DNA of 45,751 nt. It comes from a virus (lineage: Duplodnaviria; Heunggongvirae; Uroviricota; Caudoviricetes). The notes under the pieces are model-generated. The model saw only the letters and a program-made list of their open reading frames with translations, had not been told where the DNA came from and did no database searches. This document shows positions 15,785 through 24,272 of this stretch, piece by piece. The stretch lies in IMG/VR virus record IMGVR_UViG_2537561830_000004; one strand, 5' to 3'. Every line of letters begins with the position of its first letter. Positions within the stretch are counted from its first letter, which is position 1. The translations under genes were made by a program, and so were the position numbers.

Positions 15785-16834
15785 ATGATTAATACTGTAA
15801 AAATATCCAGTTGTGAGTTAATCAACGCTGATTGCCTGGAGTTTATCCAGACCTTACCGGAAAACTCTGTCGATCTGATAGTCACAGACCCGCCATACTT
15901 TAAAGTGAAGCCCGAGGGCTGGGATAACCAGTGGGAGGGCGACGATGATTACCTGAAATGGCTGGACCAGTGTCTGGCGCAGTTCTGGCGGGTACTGAAG
16001 CCTGCCGGAAGTCTTTACCTGTTCTGTGGTCATCGCCTGGCATCTGACACCGAAATCATGATGCGTGAGCGCTTTAATGTGCTGAACCACATTATCTGGG
16101 CGAAGCCGTCCGGACGCTGGAACGGGTGCAATAAGGAAAGTCTGCGGGCGTATTTTCCGGCAACAGAGCGCATTCTGTTTGCAGAACATTATCAGGGACC
16201 GTATCGCCCGAAAGATGATGGCTATGTGGAGCAGGGGCGCGAGCTAAAACAGCACGTCATGGCCCCGCTGATTTCTTACTTTCGTGATGCGCGTAAATCA
16301 CTGGGAATAACGTCAAAACAGATAGCGGAAGCCACCGGAAAGAAAAACATGGCTTCGCACTGGTTTGGTGCCAGTCAGTGGCAGTTACCGAACGAGGGTG
16401 ATTACAATAAATTGCAGGCGTTGTTTGCGCGTGTTGCGGCAGAAAAACATCAGCGCGGGGAACTGGAAAAGCCACACCACCAGCTGGTCAGCACATACAG
16501 TGAGCTGAACCGGCAGTATACGGAACTGCTGAGTGAATATAAAAATTTGCGGCGGTATTTCGGTGTGACGGCGCAGGTTCCGTACACCGATGTCTGGACG
16601 CATAAACCGATGCAGTACTATCCAGGGAAACATCCGTGCGAAAAACCGGCAGAAATGCTGCAGCAGATAATCAACGCGAGCAGTCGTCCGGGAGACCTGG
16701 TTGCAGATTTTTTTATGGGTTCAGGTTCAACGGTAAAAGCGGCGATGGCACTGGGGCGTTGTGCGATTGGTGTTGAGCTGGAGACCGGACGTTTTGAACA
16801 GACAGTCAGGGAAGTTCAGGATTTAATCGTTTGA
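15785..16834 (+). CDS. orphan DNA N6-adenine/N4-cytosine methyltransferase (DPPY motif)
   Basis: 349 aa; VTDPPYF near N-terminus and FMGSGST AdoMet motif near C-terminus. Confidence 0.85.
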   Translation: MINTVKISSCELINADCLEFIQTLPENSVDLIVTDPPYFKVKPEGWDNQWEGDDDYLKWLDQCLAQFWRVLKPAGSLYLFCGHRLASDTEIMMRERFNVLNHIIWAKPSGRWNGCNKESLRAYFPATERILFAEHYQGPYRPKDDGYVEQGRELKQHVMAPLISYFRDARKSLGITSKQIAEATGKKNMASHWFGASQWQLPNEGDYNKLQALFARVAAEKHQRGELEKPHHQLVSTYSELNRQYTELLSEYKNLRRYFGVTAQVPYTDVWTHKPMQYYPGKHPCEKPAEMLQQIINASSRPGDLVADFFMGSGSTVKAAMALGRCAIGVELETGRFEQTVREVQDLIV

Positions 16835-16883
16835 AACGGATGAGATTGCAGAATTAATTACGCACCATTATTATTCTGCTCCC

Positions 16884-16959
16884 GGCCCTTTAGCTCAGTG
16901 GTGAGAGCGAGCGACTCATAATCGCCAGGTCGCTGGTTCAAATCCAGCAAGGGCCACCA
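16884..16959 (+). tRNA. ileZ: tRNA-Ile2 (anticodon CAT), ileX/ileZ-like
   Basis: cloverleaf: acceptor GGCCCTT/AAGGGCC, loop CTCATAA, T-loop GGTTCAAATCC, 3' CCA; near-identical to recalled E. coli ileX. Confidence 0.85.
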
Positions 16960-16966
16960 TCACATA

Positions 16967-17043
16967 CCGCCATTAGCTCATCAGGATAGAGCGCCAGCCT
17001 TCGAAGCTGGTTGCGCGGGGTTCGAGTCCTCGATGGCGGTCCA
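16967..17043 (+). tRNA. tRNA-Arg (anticodon TCG)
   Basis: acceptor CCGCCAT/ATGGCGG, anticodon loop CTTCGAA, T-loop GGTTCGAGTCC, CCA encoded. Confidence 0.8.
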
Positions 17044-17056
17044 TTATCTGTACCCT

Positions 17057-17133
17057 GCGTTGTTAGCTCAGCCGGACAGAGCAATTGCCTTCTAAGCAAT
17101 CGGTCACTGGTTCGAATCCAGTACAACGCGCCA
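17057..17133 (+). tRNA. tRNA-Arg (anticodon TCT), reads AGA/AGG
   Basis: acceptor GCGTTGT/ACAACGC, anticodon loop CTTCTAA, T-loop GGTTCGAATCC, CCA encoded. Confidence 0.85.
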
Positions 17134-17325
17134 CGCTTATTTTTCCAGGCTCGCTACGGCGGGTCTTTTTCATATCCGCGTCACGTCAGGCGCACATCAA
17201 ACAAACACAGAATCTTTCAGGGGGCGGGATAGTCAGTGTGACGTTCTCTGGGGGCCTGTCACTTCCGGGGATAGGTGTTTTTACGGGCTGCTGGTGGCCC
17301 TTTTTTATTTACAGGAGAAAGAAGT

Positions 17326-17718
17326 ATGTCTGAACCCTTATCCGGTTCCGGTACGGCTGCGGCGCTCGGCGGGGCGACGGTATTCGGGCTGTTTACCGGA
17401 ATGGATTTCGGGATTGTGTTTGGCGCGTTCGCCGGGGCGTTATTTGTGGCAACGATGCCACAGTCACTTTCAGTCTGGCGCGTGGTGGCACATTTTCTGG
17501 TGTCGTTTATTGTCGGCGTGCTGGGAGCGCGTGTGCTGTCAGCCTGGATTGCATCAAAAACAGGGTATGACGGTACATCAGCAGATGCGCTTTGCGCGGT
17601 GCTGGTCTCGGTGGTGTCGGTGAAGATTCTCTCGTTCATCCACCAGCAGGATATTGCATCGCTGGTGTCCGGTGTGTTCTCCCGCCTGCGGGGTGGAGGA
17701 GGCGGCAATGTTAAGTAA
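17326..17718 (+). CDS. putative holin (multi-TM, Gly/Ala-rich)
   Basis: AGGAG RBS then ATG at 17326; about 130 aa with 3 hydrophobic helices and charged Gly-rich C-terminus; first gene of lysis cluster. Confidence 0.55.
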   Translation: MSEPLSGSGTAAALGGATVFGLFTGMDFGIVFGAFAGALFVATMPQSLSVWRVVAHFLVSFIVGVLGARVLSAWIASKTGYDGTSADALCAVLVSVVSVKILSFIHQQDIASLVSGVFSRLRGGGGGNVK

Positions 17719-17983
17719 CCTTCCCGGATTGCTGAATGTGGCGTTATGCACGGTTATCGTGCTGACGCTCTTTTTTTATCGTCGCCGTGATTCCAGACAT
17801 AAACCGCTGGTGTCATGGCTGGCCTGGCTGCTGATGCTGCTGTATGCCTTTGCGCCCCTCAGCTATCTGTGTGGTCGCCCGTTAGCAACGGGCTGGCTGG
17901 AAGTGTTTTTTAATCTGCTGTTCTGCGTGCTGGTGATACGCGCACGCGGGAACGTCACAAAAATCTTTCCATTGTTGAGGTGA
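17708..17983 (+). CDS. second small membrane lysis protein (holin/antiholin-like)
   Basis: about 91 aa from the ATG at 17708 (GGAGG RBS); 2-3 TM helices; overlaps holin stop and endolysin start. Confidence 0.45.
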   Translation: MLSNLPGLLNVALCTVIVLTLFFYRRRDSRHKPLVSWLAWLLMLLYAFAPLSYLCGRPLATGWLEVFFNLLFCVLVIRARGNVTKIFPLLR

Positions 17984-18363
17984 ATATGCCGGGTAAATTC
18001 AGATTCAGCCGTCGCAGTGAAAAAAATCTGGAGGGTGTCAAACCTCAGCTGGTTGCTGTAGTTCGCCGTGCGCTGGAGCTGACGGAGGTTGATTTCGGTA
18101 TTACGGAAGGCCTGCGCAGTAAGTATCGCCAGAAACAGCTGGTTGCGGAAGGGAAAAGCCAGACCATGAACAGCCGCCACCTGACCGGTGATGCGGTGGA
18201 TGTTGTGGCCTACATCGGCAGCCAGGTGTCATGGGAGTGGCCTCTGTACGAGAAAATCGCACAGGCATTTAAGCAGGCTGCCGCAGAGCTGGGGATCGCT
18301 ATCGAATGGGGCGGGGACTGGAAAACGCTGAAAGACGGACCTCACTTTCAGCTGAAGCGATAA
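17980..18363 (+). CDS. endolysin, peptidase M15 family (L-alanyl-D-glutamate / D-Ala-D-Ala peptidase type)
   Basis: 127 aa; motifs SRHLTGDAVD and WGGDWKTLKDGPHFQL typical of VanY/M15 endolysins. Confidence 0.8.
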   Translation: MNMPGKFRFSRRSEKNLEGVKPQLVAVVRRALELTEVDFGITEGLRSKYRQKQLVAEGKSQTMNSRHLTGDAVDVVAYIGSQVSWEWPLYEKIAQAFKQAAAELGIAIEWGGDWKTLKDGPHFQLKR

Positions 18364-18372
18364 GTAAAACAA

Positions 18373-18405
18373 AACCCCGGCTGGGGGAACAGTCCGGGGT
18401 TTTTA
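18373..18405 (+). terminator. intrinsic terminator after endolysin
   Basis: ACCCCGG ... CCGGGGT hairpin followed by TTTT. Confidence 0.5.
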
Positions 18406-18495
18406 GTTTTCACGTCAAAGGGGAAATTGTGATTAGTGAGTACGGAGAAAATCCTCGTGGGAAAGTATAAAAGATTCTTTTTGAGGTTGTCCATT

Positions 18496-18609
18496 ATGAA
18501 AGGTATTGAAATGGAAACTCCCGCGAGCCTTGATTTGACAAGGGCTGCGGCCTTTGCAATTCGCCTTGTGGCGGTCGCTGTTCTGATTTGGGCTGTGCGT
18601 TGGTGGTGA
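18496..18609 (+). CDS. very small single-TM protein (37 aa)
   Basis: ATG at 18496; MKGIEMETPASLDLTRAAAFAIRLVAVAVLIWAVRWW; abuts the lipoprotein gene; below the ORF-track size cutoff. Confidence 0.3.
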   Translation: MKGIEMETPASLDLTRAAAFAIRLVAVAVLIWAVRWW

Positions 18610-18610
18610 T

Positions 18611-18793
18611 ATGGCGCGAAAACACTGGACACACAGAATGCCGCGAACGGCGGTGAAACGGGCACTGGTAGCGATACTGGTGCCTTTTTTATTGGTGGGG
18701 TGCGTCAGCCTGGATAAGGCGCGCCAGCTTTTCGATACCGCGTCTCAGGTCTGTGAAATTGTCGACGGTGTTCGGCAGTGTCTGCAGAACTGA
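18611..18793 (+). CDS. small lipoprotein (lipobox LLVGC), candidate o-spanin-like or exclusion lipoprotein
   Basis: 60 aa; signal peptide ALVAILVPFLLVGC then about 30 aa mature part with two Cys. Confidence 0.5.
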   Translation: MARKHWTHRMPRTAVKRALVAILVPFLLVGCVSLDKARQLFDTASQVCEIVDGVRQCLQN

Positions 18794-18964
18794 TCGCCTG
18801 TAAGAGCAGAATATTTTGCTGAAAAATGAAGGATGCGCCAGCGTCCGGTAAGCATGAAATTCTGTGTTTGTGGCTACTCAATAAAATAAATTCTTTCTGT
18901 CGCCGCGAATACTCAAATGTTGATCAGTGCCCGGTGCGGCGACGGGCTTCGATATCAGGAGACG

Positions 18965-19360
18965 ATGATGGAAAAAACAGAAAACAAACCGATTGTAATT
19001 GGTGCTGATGCTGCTCCGTTTAAGTTTGAGTTGTCTCAACTGGTGGAGATGCGTATCAGTGATGAATGGGGTGAGGTTAAAGCCCGCGCGCAGTATGCGG
19101 ATGGCGAAAACCAGTACTTGATCCACTACAAAGCAGCTGATGGTCGCGCCACGACGGAGTGGTTTGGTGAGTCAATGCTGGAAGCAACAGAAGATGATCG
19201 TCATCCGGGTTGTCCGGTATTTGCCGGTATGAAATTACCGGAAGGTGCAGTTGAACTGCAGCCGGGTGAGGTGTTCGTAATGACAGACATCATTGATGGT
19301 AAACCGCAGTATTCGCGTATTGAAATGAATAGTAAGAGTGCTCGCCTGATTCGTGAGTAA
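18965..19360 (+). CDS. hypothetical protein
   Basis: AGGAG RBS then ATG at 18965; 131 aa; ORF track gives 18917..19360. Confidence 0.45.
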   Translation: MMEKTENKPIVIGADAAPFKFELSQLVEMRISDEWGEVKARAQYADGENQYLIHYKAADGRATTEWFGESMLEATEDDRHPGCPVFAGMKLPEGAVELQPGEVFVMTDIIDGKPQYSRIEMNSKSARLIRE

Positions 19361-19789
19361 CAGGCATTACAGCAGCCCTTCACTCTAAGGGGTTGCTGTA
19401 ATGTGAGAAATAAAAAACCGGTCACAGGGAGCAGCTACACAGAAGCGGCCGGCGAAGACCGCCAATACCACCCATGCATTGATGCAACATACTAATGACA
19501 ATAGCCGCTATTGATGTAAATGCAATGTTATGCATCGACGAAAATAAAAAACCGGCAGGGGAAATCCATTGAAGATTTGCCGGTGGCAAAAGAGGGCCAT
19601 GTTTTTAACCTTAGTCGCAGAGTTACGGAGTGCAACTACGAATGCTGCCGGTATATGGCTGAATGGCGTTTCAATGATGTACGTCATCTTATCTGTAAAT
19701 GTTAATGACAAACGCTCTCATTTGTGCGGGTCCTTCCGGTGGGGTGGCCTGCCACGGGGCGGGAGCGTCGCGGAAAAAGGCTAGTTTTT

Positions 19790-19835
19790 GCATTTCCATG
19801 GCGGCGGCAGCATGTTTGGTAATTTATTGATAATT
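19790..19835. other. candidate cos region (GC-rich CGGCGGC element plus IHF-consensus site) upstream of terminase small subunit
   Basis: CCATGGCGGCGGCAGCATG at 19796-19813; reverse complement of the adjacent AT-rich stretch reads TATCAATAAATTA, fitting WATCAANNNNTTR. Confidence 0.3.
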
Positions 19836-19952
19836 AAAAGTTATTTCTCTTTTCACCTGTACAATATTTTTTTCTCCCTGTCATTAGACCAGTTTGCAAT
19901 TAATTGAAATATATAAATAAACCTGATTTTCACCTGCCAGATGGAGTTGCTT

Positions 19953-20480
19953 ATGTCAAATGTGAGCGGGATCGGTGATGCTTATTACTGGAGTGTTTTT
20001 AAAATCGCCGAGGCCTTTGGGCTTCACCGGGACACAGTAAAAAAACGGCTCCTCGCGGCCAACACTCCTGTGGCTGCGACTGTCAGGGGGAACCCCGTTT
20101 ACGCCCTGCAGCATGTCGGGCCTGCCCTGTTTAGTGTGAAGCATGAGGCAGCAGACTCTGTTCATGATCCATCCCGTATGGAGCCGAAAGAGAGAAAGGA
20201 CTGGTACCAGTCTGAAAATGAAAGGATCAAGCTGGAAAAGGAGCAGCGAAAACTCATCCCCGTTGATGAAGTAGTCATCGTCTATTCGTCCATGAGAAAG
20301 GCTGTCGTCCAGGTTCTGGAGACAATTCCGGATGTTCTTGAACGCGATTGCGCCCTGACTCCTCAGGCCGTCGGCGTTGTACAGCAGGCCATTGATGACC
20401 TGCGATACACTCTTCAGGAAAAATCCTACGAGGCTTGTGCTGCTGAAATAATTCCTGATGAGGAAGGAGAGAGTCTCTAG
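19953..20480 (+). CDS. terminase small subunit
   Basis: GGAG RBS then ATG at 19953; about 175 aa immediately upstream of the large terminase; N-terminal HTH-like segment. Confidence 0.6.
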   Translation: MSNVSGIGDAYYWSVFKIAEAFGLHRDTVKKRLLAANTPVAATVRGNPVYALQHVGPALFSVKHEAADSVHDPSRMEPKERKDWYQSENERIKLEKEQRKLIPVDEVVIVYSSMRKAVVQVLETIPDVLERDCALTPQAVGVVQQAIDDLRYTLQEKSYEACAAEIIPDEEGESL

Positions 20481-20488
20481 GAGGAATA

Positions 20489-22588
20489 ATGGGTTTTTCA
20501 TCAGCCCGAAATTTGGGAAGGGACATATCGGCAGGATTTTCCCCACCACGTCGCATGCCGATTTCGGAGGCTGTTAAAAAATTCATGCGTGTTCCCAAGG
20601 GGGCTGGTAACTCGGTGCCATGGGATCCTGAACTGACACCCTACATCATTGAGCCCATGAACTGCCTGGCATCGCGTGAATACGATGCGGTGATTTTTGT
20701 TGGTCCTGCGCGAACAGGGAAGACCATTGGTCTGATCGATGGATGGATTGTCTATACCATCGTTTGCGATCCTTCGGACATGCTCGTTGTGCAGATGACC
20801 GAAGATAAGGCCCGCGAGCATTCTAAAAAGCGCCTCGACAGAACGTTCAGAAGCAGTGCGGCGGTAAAGAAAAGAATGAGTCCACGTCGTAACGACAATA
20901 ATGTCCATGATAAGACGTTCAGGGATGGCTCGTTCCTTAAAATTGGTTGGCCCTCGGTCAACATTATGTCGTCGTCGGATTACCGGTTTGTCGCCTTAAC
21001 CGATTACGACCGTTTTCCGGAGAATATCGACAGCGAGGGTGATGGTTTCTCCCTGGCCTCAAAACGTACCACCACATTTATGTCCGCCGGGATGACTCTG
21101 GTGGAGAGCTCGCCGGGACGTGACATCTGCGACAGCAAATGGCGACGTAAGTCGCCTCATGAAGCGCCACCGACGACTGGTATTCTTTCCCTTTACAATC
21201 GTGGTGACCGCCGCCGCTGGTACTGGCCATGTCCGCACTGCGGTGAATATTTTCAGCCAGCCATGGATGCCATGACCGGCTACCGTAATGAACCGGATCC
21301 CTTTAAAGCCAGTGAGGCGGCGTATCTACTTTGCCCGCACTGCAGCGGCATTATCACTGCGGAGAAAAAGCGTGAGCTCAATAGTGCAGGAGTCTGGTTG
21401 CGTGAAGGGCAGGTCATTGATCGTAACGGCAACGTTTCCGGTGAACCGCGCCGCTCCCGTATCGCCAGTTTCTGGATGGAAGGGCCAGCTGCTGCGTATC
21501 AGACCTGGGCGCAACTGGTTTACAAATTACTGACTGCAGAACAGGAGTATGAAGCGACAGGAAGCGAAGAAACACTCAGGGCGGTTATCAACACCGACTG
21601 GGGATTGCCTTATCTTCCTCGTGCCAGCATGGAGCAACGAAAAAGTGAATTGCTTGAGCAGCGGGCAGAGCCAGTTCCTTCCCGCAGTGTGCCGGATGGC
21701 GTTAATTTCCTTGTGGCGACAGTGGATGTGCAGGCGGGACGTCATCGCCGTTTTGTGGTTCAGGTAACGGGCTATGGCAGCCGTGGCGAACGCTGGATTA
21801 TTGATCGTTACAACATCACGCAGTCATTGCGCGGTGACAGCGACGGGGAGAGCCAGCGAATTGATCCGGCCAGCTATCCGGAAGACTGGGATGTCCTGCT
21901 GACGGATGTTTTTCATAAAAGCTGGCCGCTGGCCTCCGACCCTTCTCAACAAATGCGACTGATGGCAATGGCGGTGGACTCCGGCGGTGAAGACGGGGTC
22001 ACTGATAATGCCTATAAATTCTGGCGTCGTTGCCGTCGTGATGGCCTTGGTAAACGTATTTACCTGTTTAAGGGCGACAGCATCCGGCGCGCAAAACTGA
22101 TCACCCGTACATTCCCTGATAACACCGGACGAACGGGCCGACGGGCGCAGGCCGCAGGTGATGTGCCGCTCTGGCTTCTTCAGACGGATGCCCTGAAAGA
22201 CCGGGTGAATAACGCGTTATGGCGTGACTCGCCAGGTCCCGGCTATGTGCATTTCCCTGACTGGCTGGGGAGCTGGTTTTACGACGAACTGACGTATGAA
22301 GAGCGGAGCAGTGACGGGAAATGGAGTAAGCCGGGTCGCGGTGCCAACGAAGCTTTTGACCTGATGGTGTATGCCGAGGCTCTGGTCATTCTGCATGGAT
22401 ACGAAAAGATCCGCTGGCCGGATGCACCGGAGTGGGCGAGCCGGGAAACCTGGCTGGAGTGTGTCCCGGACAGTACCGAACCGTCACCCTCACCGGAACC
22501 GGTATCCACGCCTGTTAAAAAACAAAAACGGAAGAAAACAGTAACTGACGATGTTAACCCCTGGCTGACTTCCGGAGGATGGTTATGA
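20489..22588 (+). CDS. A: terminase large subunit (lambda gpA family)
   Basis: 699 aa; Walker A GPARTGKT; size and position as lambda A. Confidence 0.9.
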   Translation: MGFSSARNLGRDISAGFSPPRRMPISEAVKKFMRVPKGAGNSVPWDPELTPYIIEPMNCLASREYDAVIFVGPARTGKTIGLIDGWIVYTIVCDPSDMLVVQMTEDKAREHSKKRLDRTFRSSAAVKKRMSPRRNDNNVHDKTFRDGSFLKIGWPSVNIMSSSDYRFVALTDYDRFPENIDSEGDGFSLASKRTTTFMSAGMTLVESSPGRDICDSKWRRKSPHEAPPTTGILSLYNRGDRRRWYWPCPHCGEYFQPAMDAMTGYRNEPDPFKASEAAYLLCPHCSGIITAEKKRELNSAGVWLREGQVIDRNGNVSGEPRRSRIASFWMEGPAAAYQTWAQLVYKLLTAEQEYEATGSEETLRAVINTDWGLPYLPRASMEQRKSELLEQRAEPVPSRSVPDGVNFLVATVDVQAGRHRRFVVQVTGYGSRGERWIIDRYNITQSLRGDSDGESQRIDPASYPEDWDVLLTDVFHKSWPLASDPSQQMRLMAMAVDSGGEDGVTDNAYKFWRRCRRDGLGKRIYLFKGDSIRRAKLITRTFPDNTGRTGRRAQAAGDVPLWLLQTDALKDRVNNALWRDSPGPGYVHFPDWLGSWFYDELTYEERSSDGKWSKPGRGANEAFDLMVYAEALVILHGYEKIRWPDAPEWASRETWLECVPDSTEPSPSPEPVSTPVKKQKRKKTVTDDVNPWLTSGGWL

Positions 22589-22797
22589 ATCAGAATGATA
22601 TTGAAGCCATGATTCAGCGTTATACGGAAGCTGAAATGGCGGTGCTGGACGGAAAATCCGTCACTTTTAATGGTCAGCAGATGACCATGGAAAACTTATC
22701 TGAGATCCGGCAGGGGCGGCAGGAGTGGGAGCGCCGCCTTGCGGCTCTGATTACACGACGACGTGGGCATCCCGGGTACCGGCTGGCGAGGTTCTGA
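22585..22797 (+). CDS. W: head-tail joining protein gpW-like
   Basis: about 70 aa; overlaps terminase stop and portal start; C-terminal RRRGHPGY resembles lambda W. Confidence 0.65.
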   Translation: MNQNDIEAMIQRYTEAEMAVLDGKSVTFNGQQMTMENLSEIRQGRQEWERRLAALITRRRGHPGYRLARF

Positions 22798-24272
22798 TGG
22801 CAATTCTTGATGATGTGATTGGCGTTTTTTCACCAGGATGGAAAGCGGCAAGGCTGCGTTCCCGTGCGGTGATCCAGGCTTATGAGGCCGTAAAAACGAC
22901 GCGGACACACAAAGCCCGACGGGAGAACCGAACTGCCGACCAGTTAAGCCAGTACGGGGCCGTGTCGTTACGTGAGCAGGCCCGTTACCTTGATAACAAC
23001 CACGATCTGGTTATTGGTGTATTTGACAAGCTGGAAGAACGGGTGGTGGGGAAAAACGGGATTATTGTCGAGCCACATCCGGTATTACGCAATGGGGCCA
23101 TTGCCCGTGATCTGGCAGCGGAGATACGTACCCGATGGAGTGAATGGTCTGTCAGTCCGGAGGTCACCGGGCAGTTTACCCGTCCGATGCTGGAACGTCT
23201 GATGCTGCGTACCTGGCTGCGCGATGGTGAGGTGTTTGCCCAGATGGTTTCCGGGCGCATAAACAGCCTGACGCCTTCTGCCGGTGTTCATTTCTGGCTG
23301 GAGGCGCTCGAGCCGGACTTTATTCCCATGACCAGTGATGAGAGCAACAGGCTGAATCAGGGCGTGTTTGTTGATGACTGGGGGCGTCCCGAAAAATATC
23401 TGGTGTATAAAAGTCGTCCTGTATCCGGACGGCAGATGGAAACCAAAGAAGTGGATGCAGAGCGAATGCTGCATCTTAAATTTGTTCGCCGTCTGCACCA
23501 GATGCGCGGGACGTCTTTATTGTCCGGTGTGCTGATCCGCCTCAGCGCCCTGAAAGAGTATGAAGATTCTGAGCTGACTGCAGCAAGGGTCGCCGCTGCT
23601 CTGGGGATGTACATCCGCAAAGGCGACGGACAGAGCTATGAAACGGATGGTAATTACAGCAAGGAGAATGAACGCGAGCTTACCATTCAGCCAGGCATTA
23701 TTTACGACGATCTGAAACCCGGCGAAGAAATCGGAATGGTGAAGTCGGATCGCCCAAATCCTAACCTTGAAACTTTTCGTAATGCTCAGTTGCGTGCCGT
23801 GGCGGCGGGCAGTCGTCTGAGTTTTTCCAGTACAGCGCGCAACTATAACGGCACTTACAGCGCCCAGCGTCAGGAGCTGGTTGAATCCACTGATGGCTAC
23901 CTGATCCTGCAGGACTGGTTTATTGGTGCCGTCACCCGCCCGATGTATCGTGCCTGGCTGAAACAGGCTGTGGCATCCGGTGTTATCAGGCTACCCCGCG
24001 ATCTTGACCGTTCTTCACTGTATACCGCGGTGTATTCCGGACCGGTGATGCCGTGGATTGATCCTGTTAAGGAGGCTGAGGCCTGGAAAATCCAGATTCG
24101 TGGTGGAGCGGCGACAGAATCAGACTGGGTACGTGCAGGTGGTCGTAATCCGGATGATGTCAAACGTCGGCGCAAGGCCGAAATTGATGAAAACCGCAAG
24201 CTGGATCTGGTATTTGATACCGATCCGGCCAGTGATAAAGGAGGCAGCAGTGCCGCAACGAAACGACAGTAG
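22797..24272 (+). CDS. B: portal protein (lambda gpB family)
   Basis: about 491 aa from the ATG at 22797; position after terminase and W. Confidence 0.85.
   Translation: MAILDDVIGVFSPGWKAARLRSRAVIQAYEAVKTTRTHKARRENRTADQLSQYGAVSLREQARYLDNNHDLVIGVFDKLEERVVGKNGIIVEPHPVLRNGAIARDLAAEIRTRWSEWSVSPEVTGQFTRPMLERLMLRTWLRDGEVFAQMVSGRINSLTPSAGVHFWLEALEPDFIPMTSDESNRLNQGVFVDDWGRPEKYLVYKSRPVSGRQMETKEVDAERMLHLKFVRRLHQMRGTSLLSGVLIRLSALKEYEDSELTAARVAAALGMYIRKGDGQSYETDGNYSKENERELTIQPGIIYDDLKPGEEIGMVKSDRPNPNLETFRNAQLRAVAAGSRLSFSSTARNYNGTYSAQRQELVESTDGYLILQDWFIGAVTRPMYRAWLKQAVASGVIRLPRDLDRSSLYTAVYSGPVMPWIDPVKEAEAWKIQIRGGAATESDWVRAGGRNPDDVKRRRKAEIDENRKLDLVFDTDPASDKGGSSAATKRQ

Noticed and set aside
17134-17326. 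Shiga toxin (stxAB) genes between the tRNAs and the holin
   Set aside because: Only about 190 bp of non-coding sequence is present; there is no ORF of A-subunit or B-subunit size.
17259-17708. 149 aa minus-strand ORF and 109 aa plus-strand alternative-frame ORF (17294..17623) over the holin gene
   Set aside because: They overlap a holin gene that has a good RBS and TM profile; translations are low-complexity Pro/Arg/Ala-rich; likely GC-frame artefacts.
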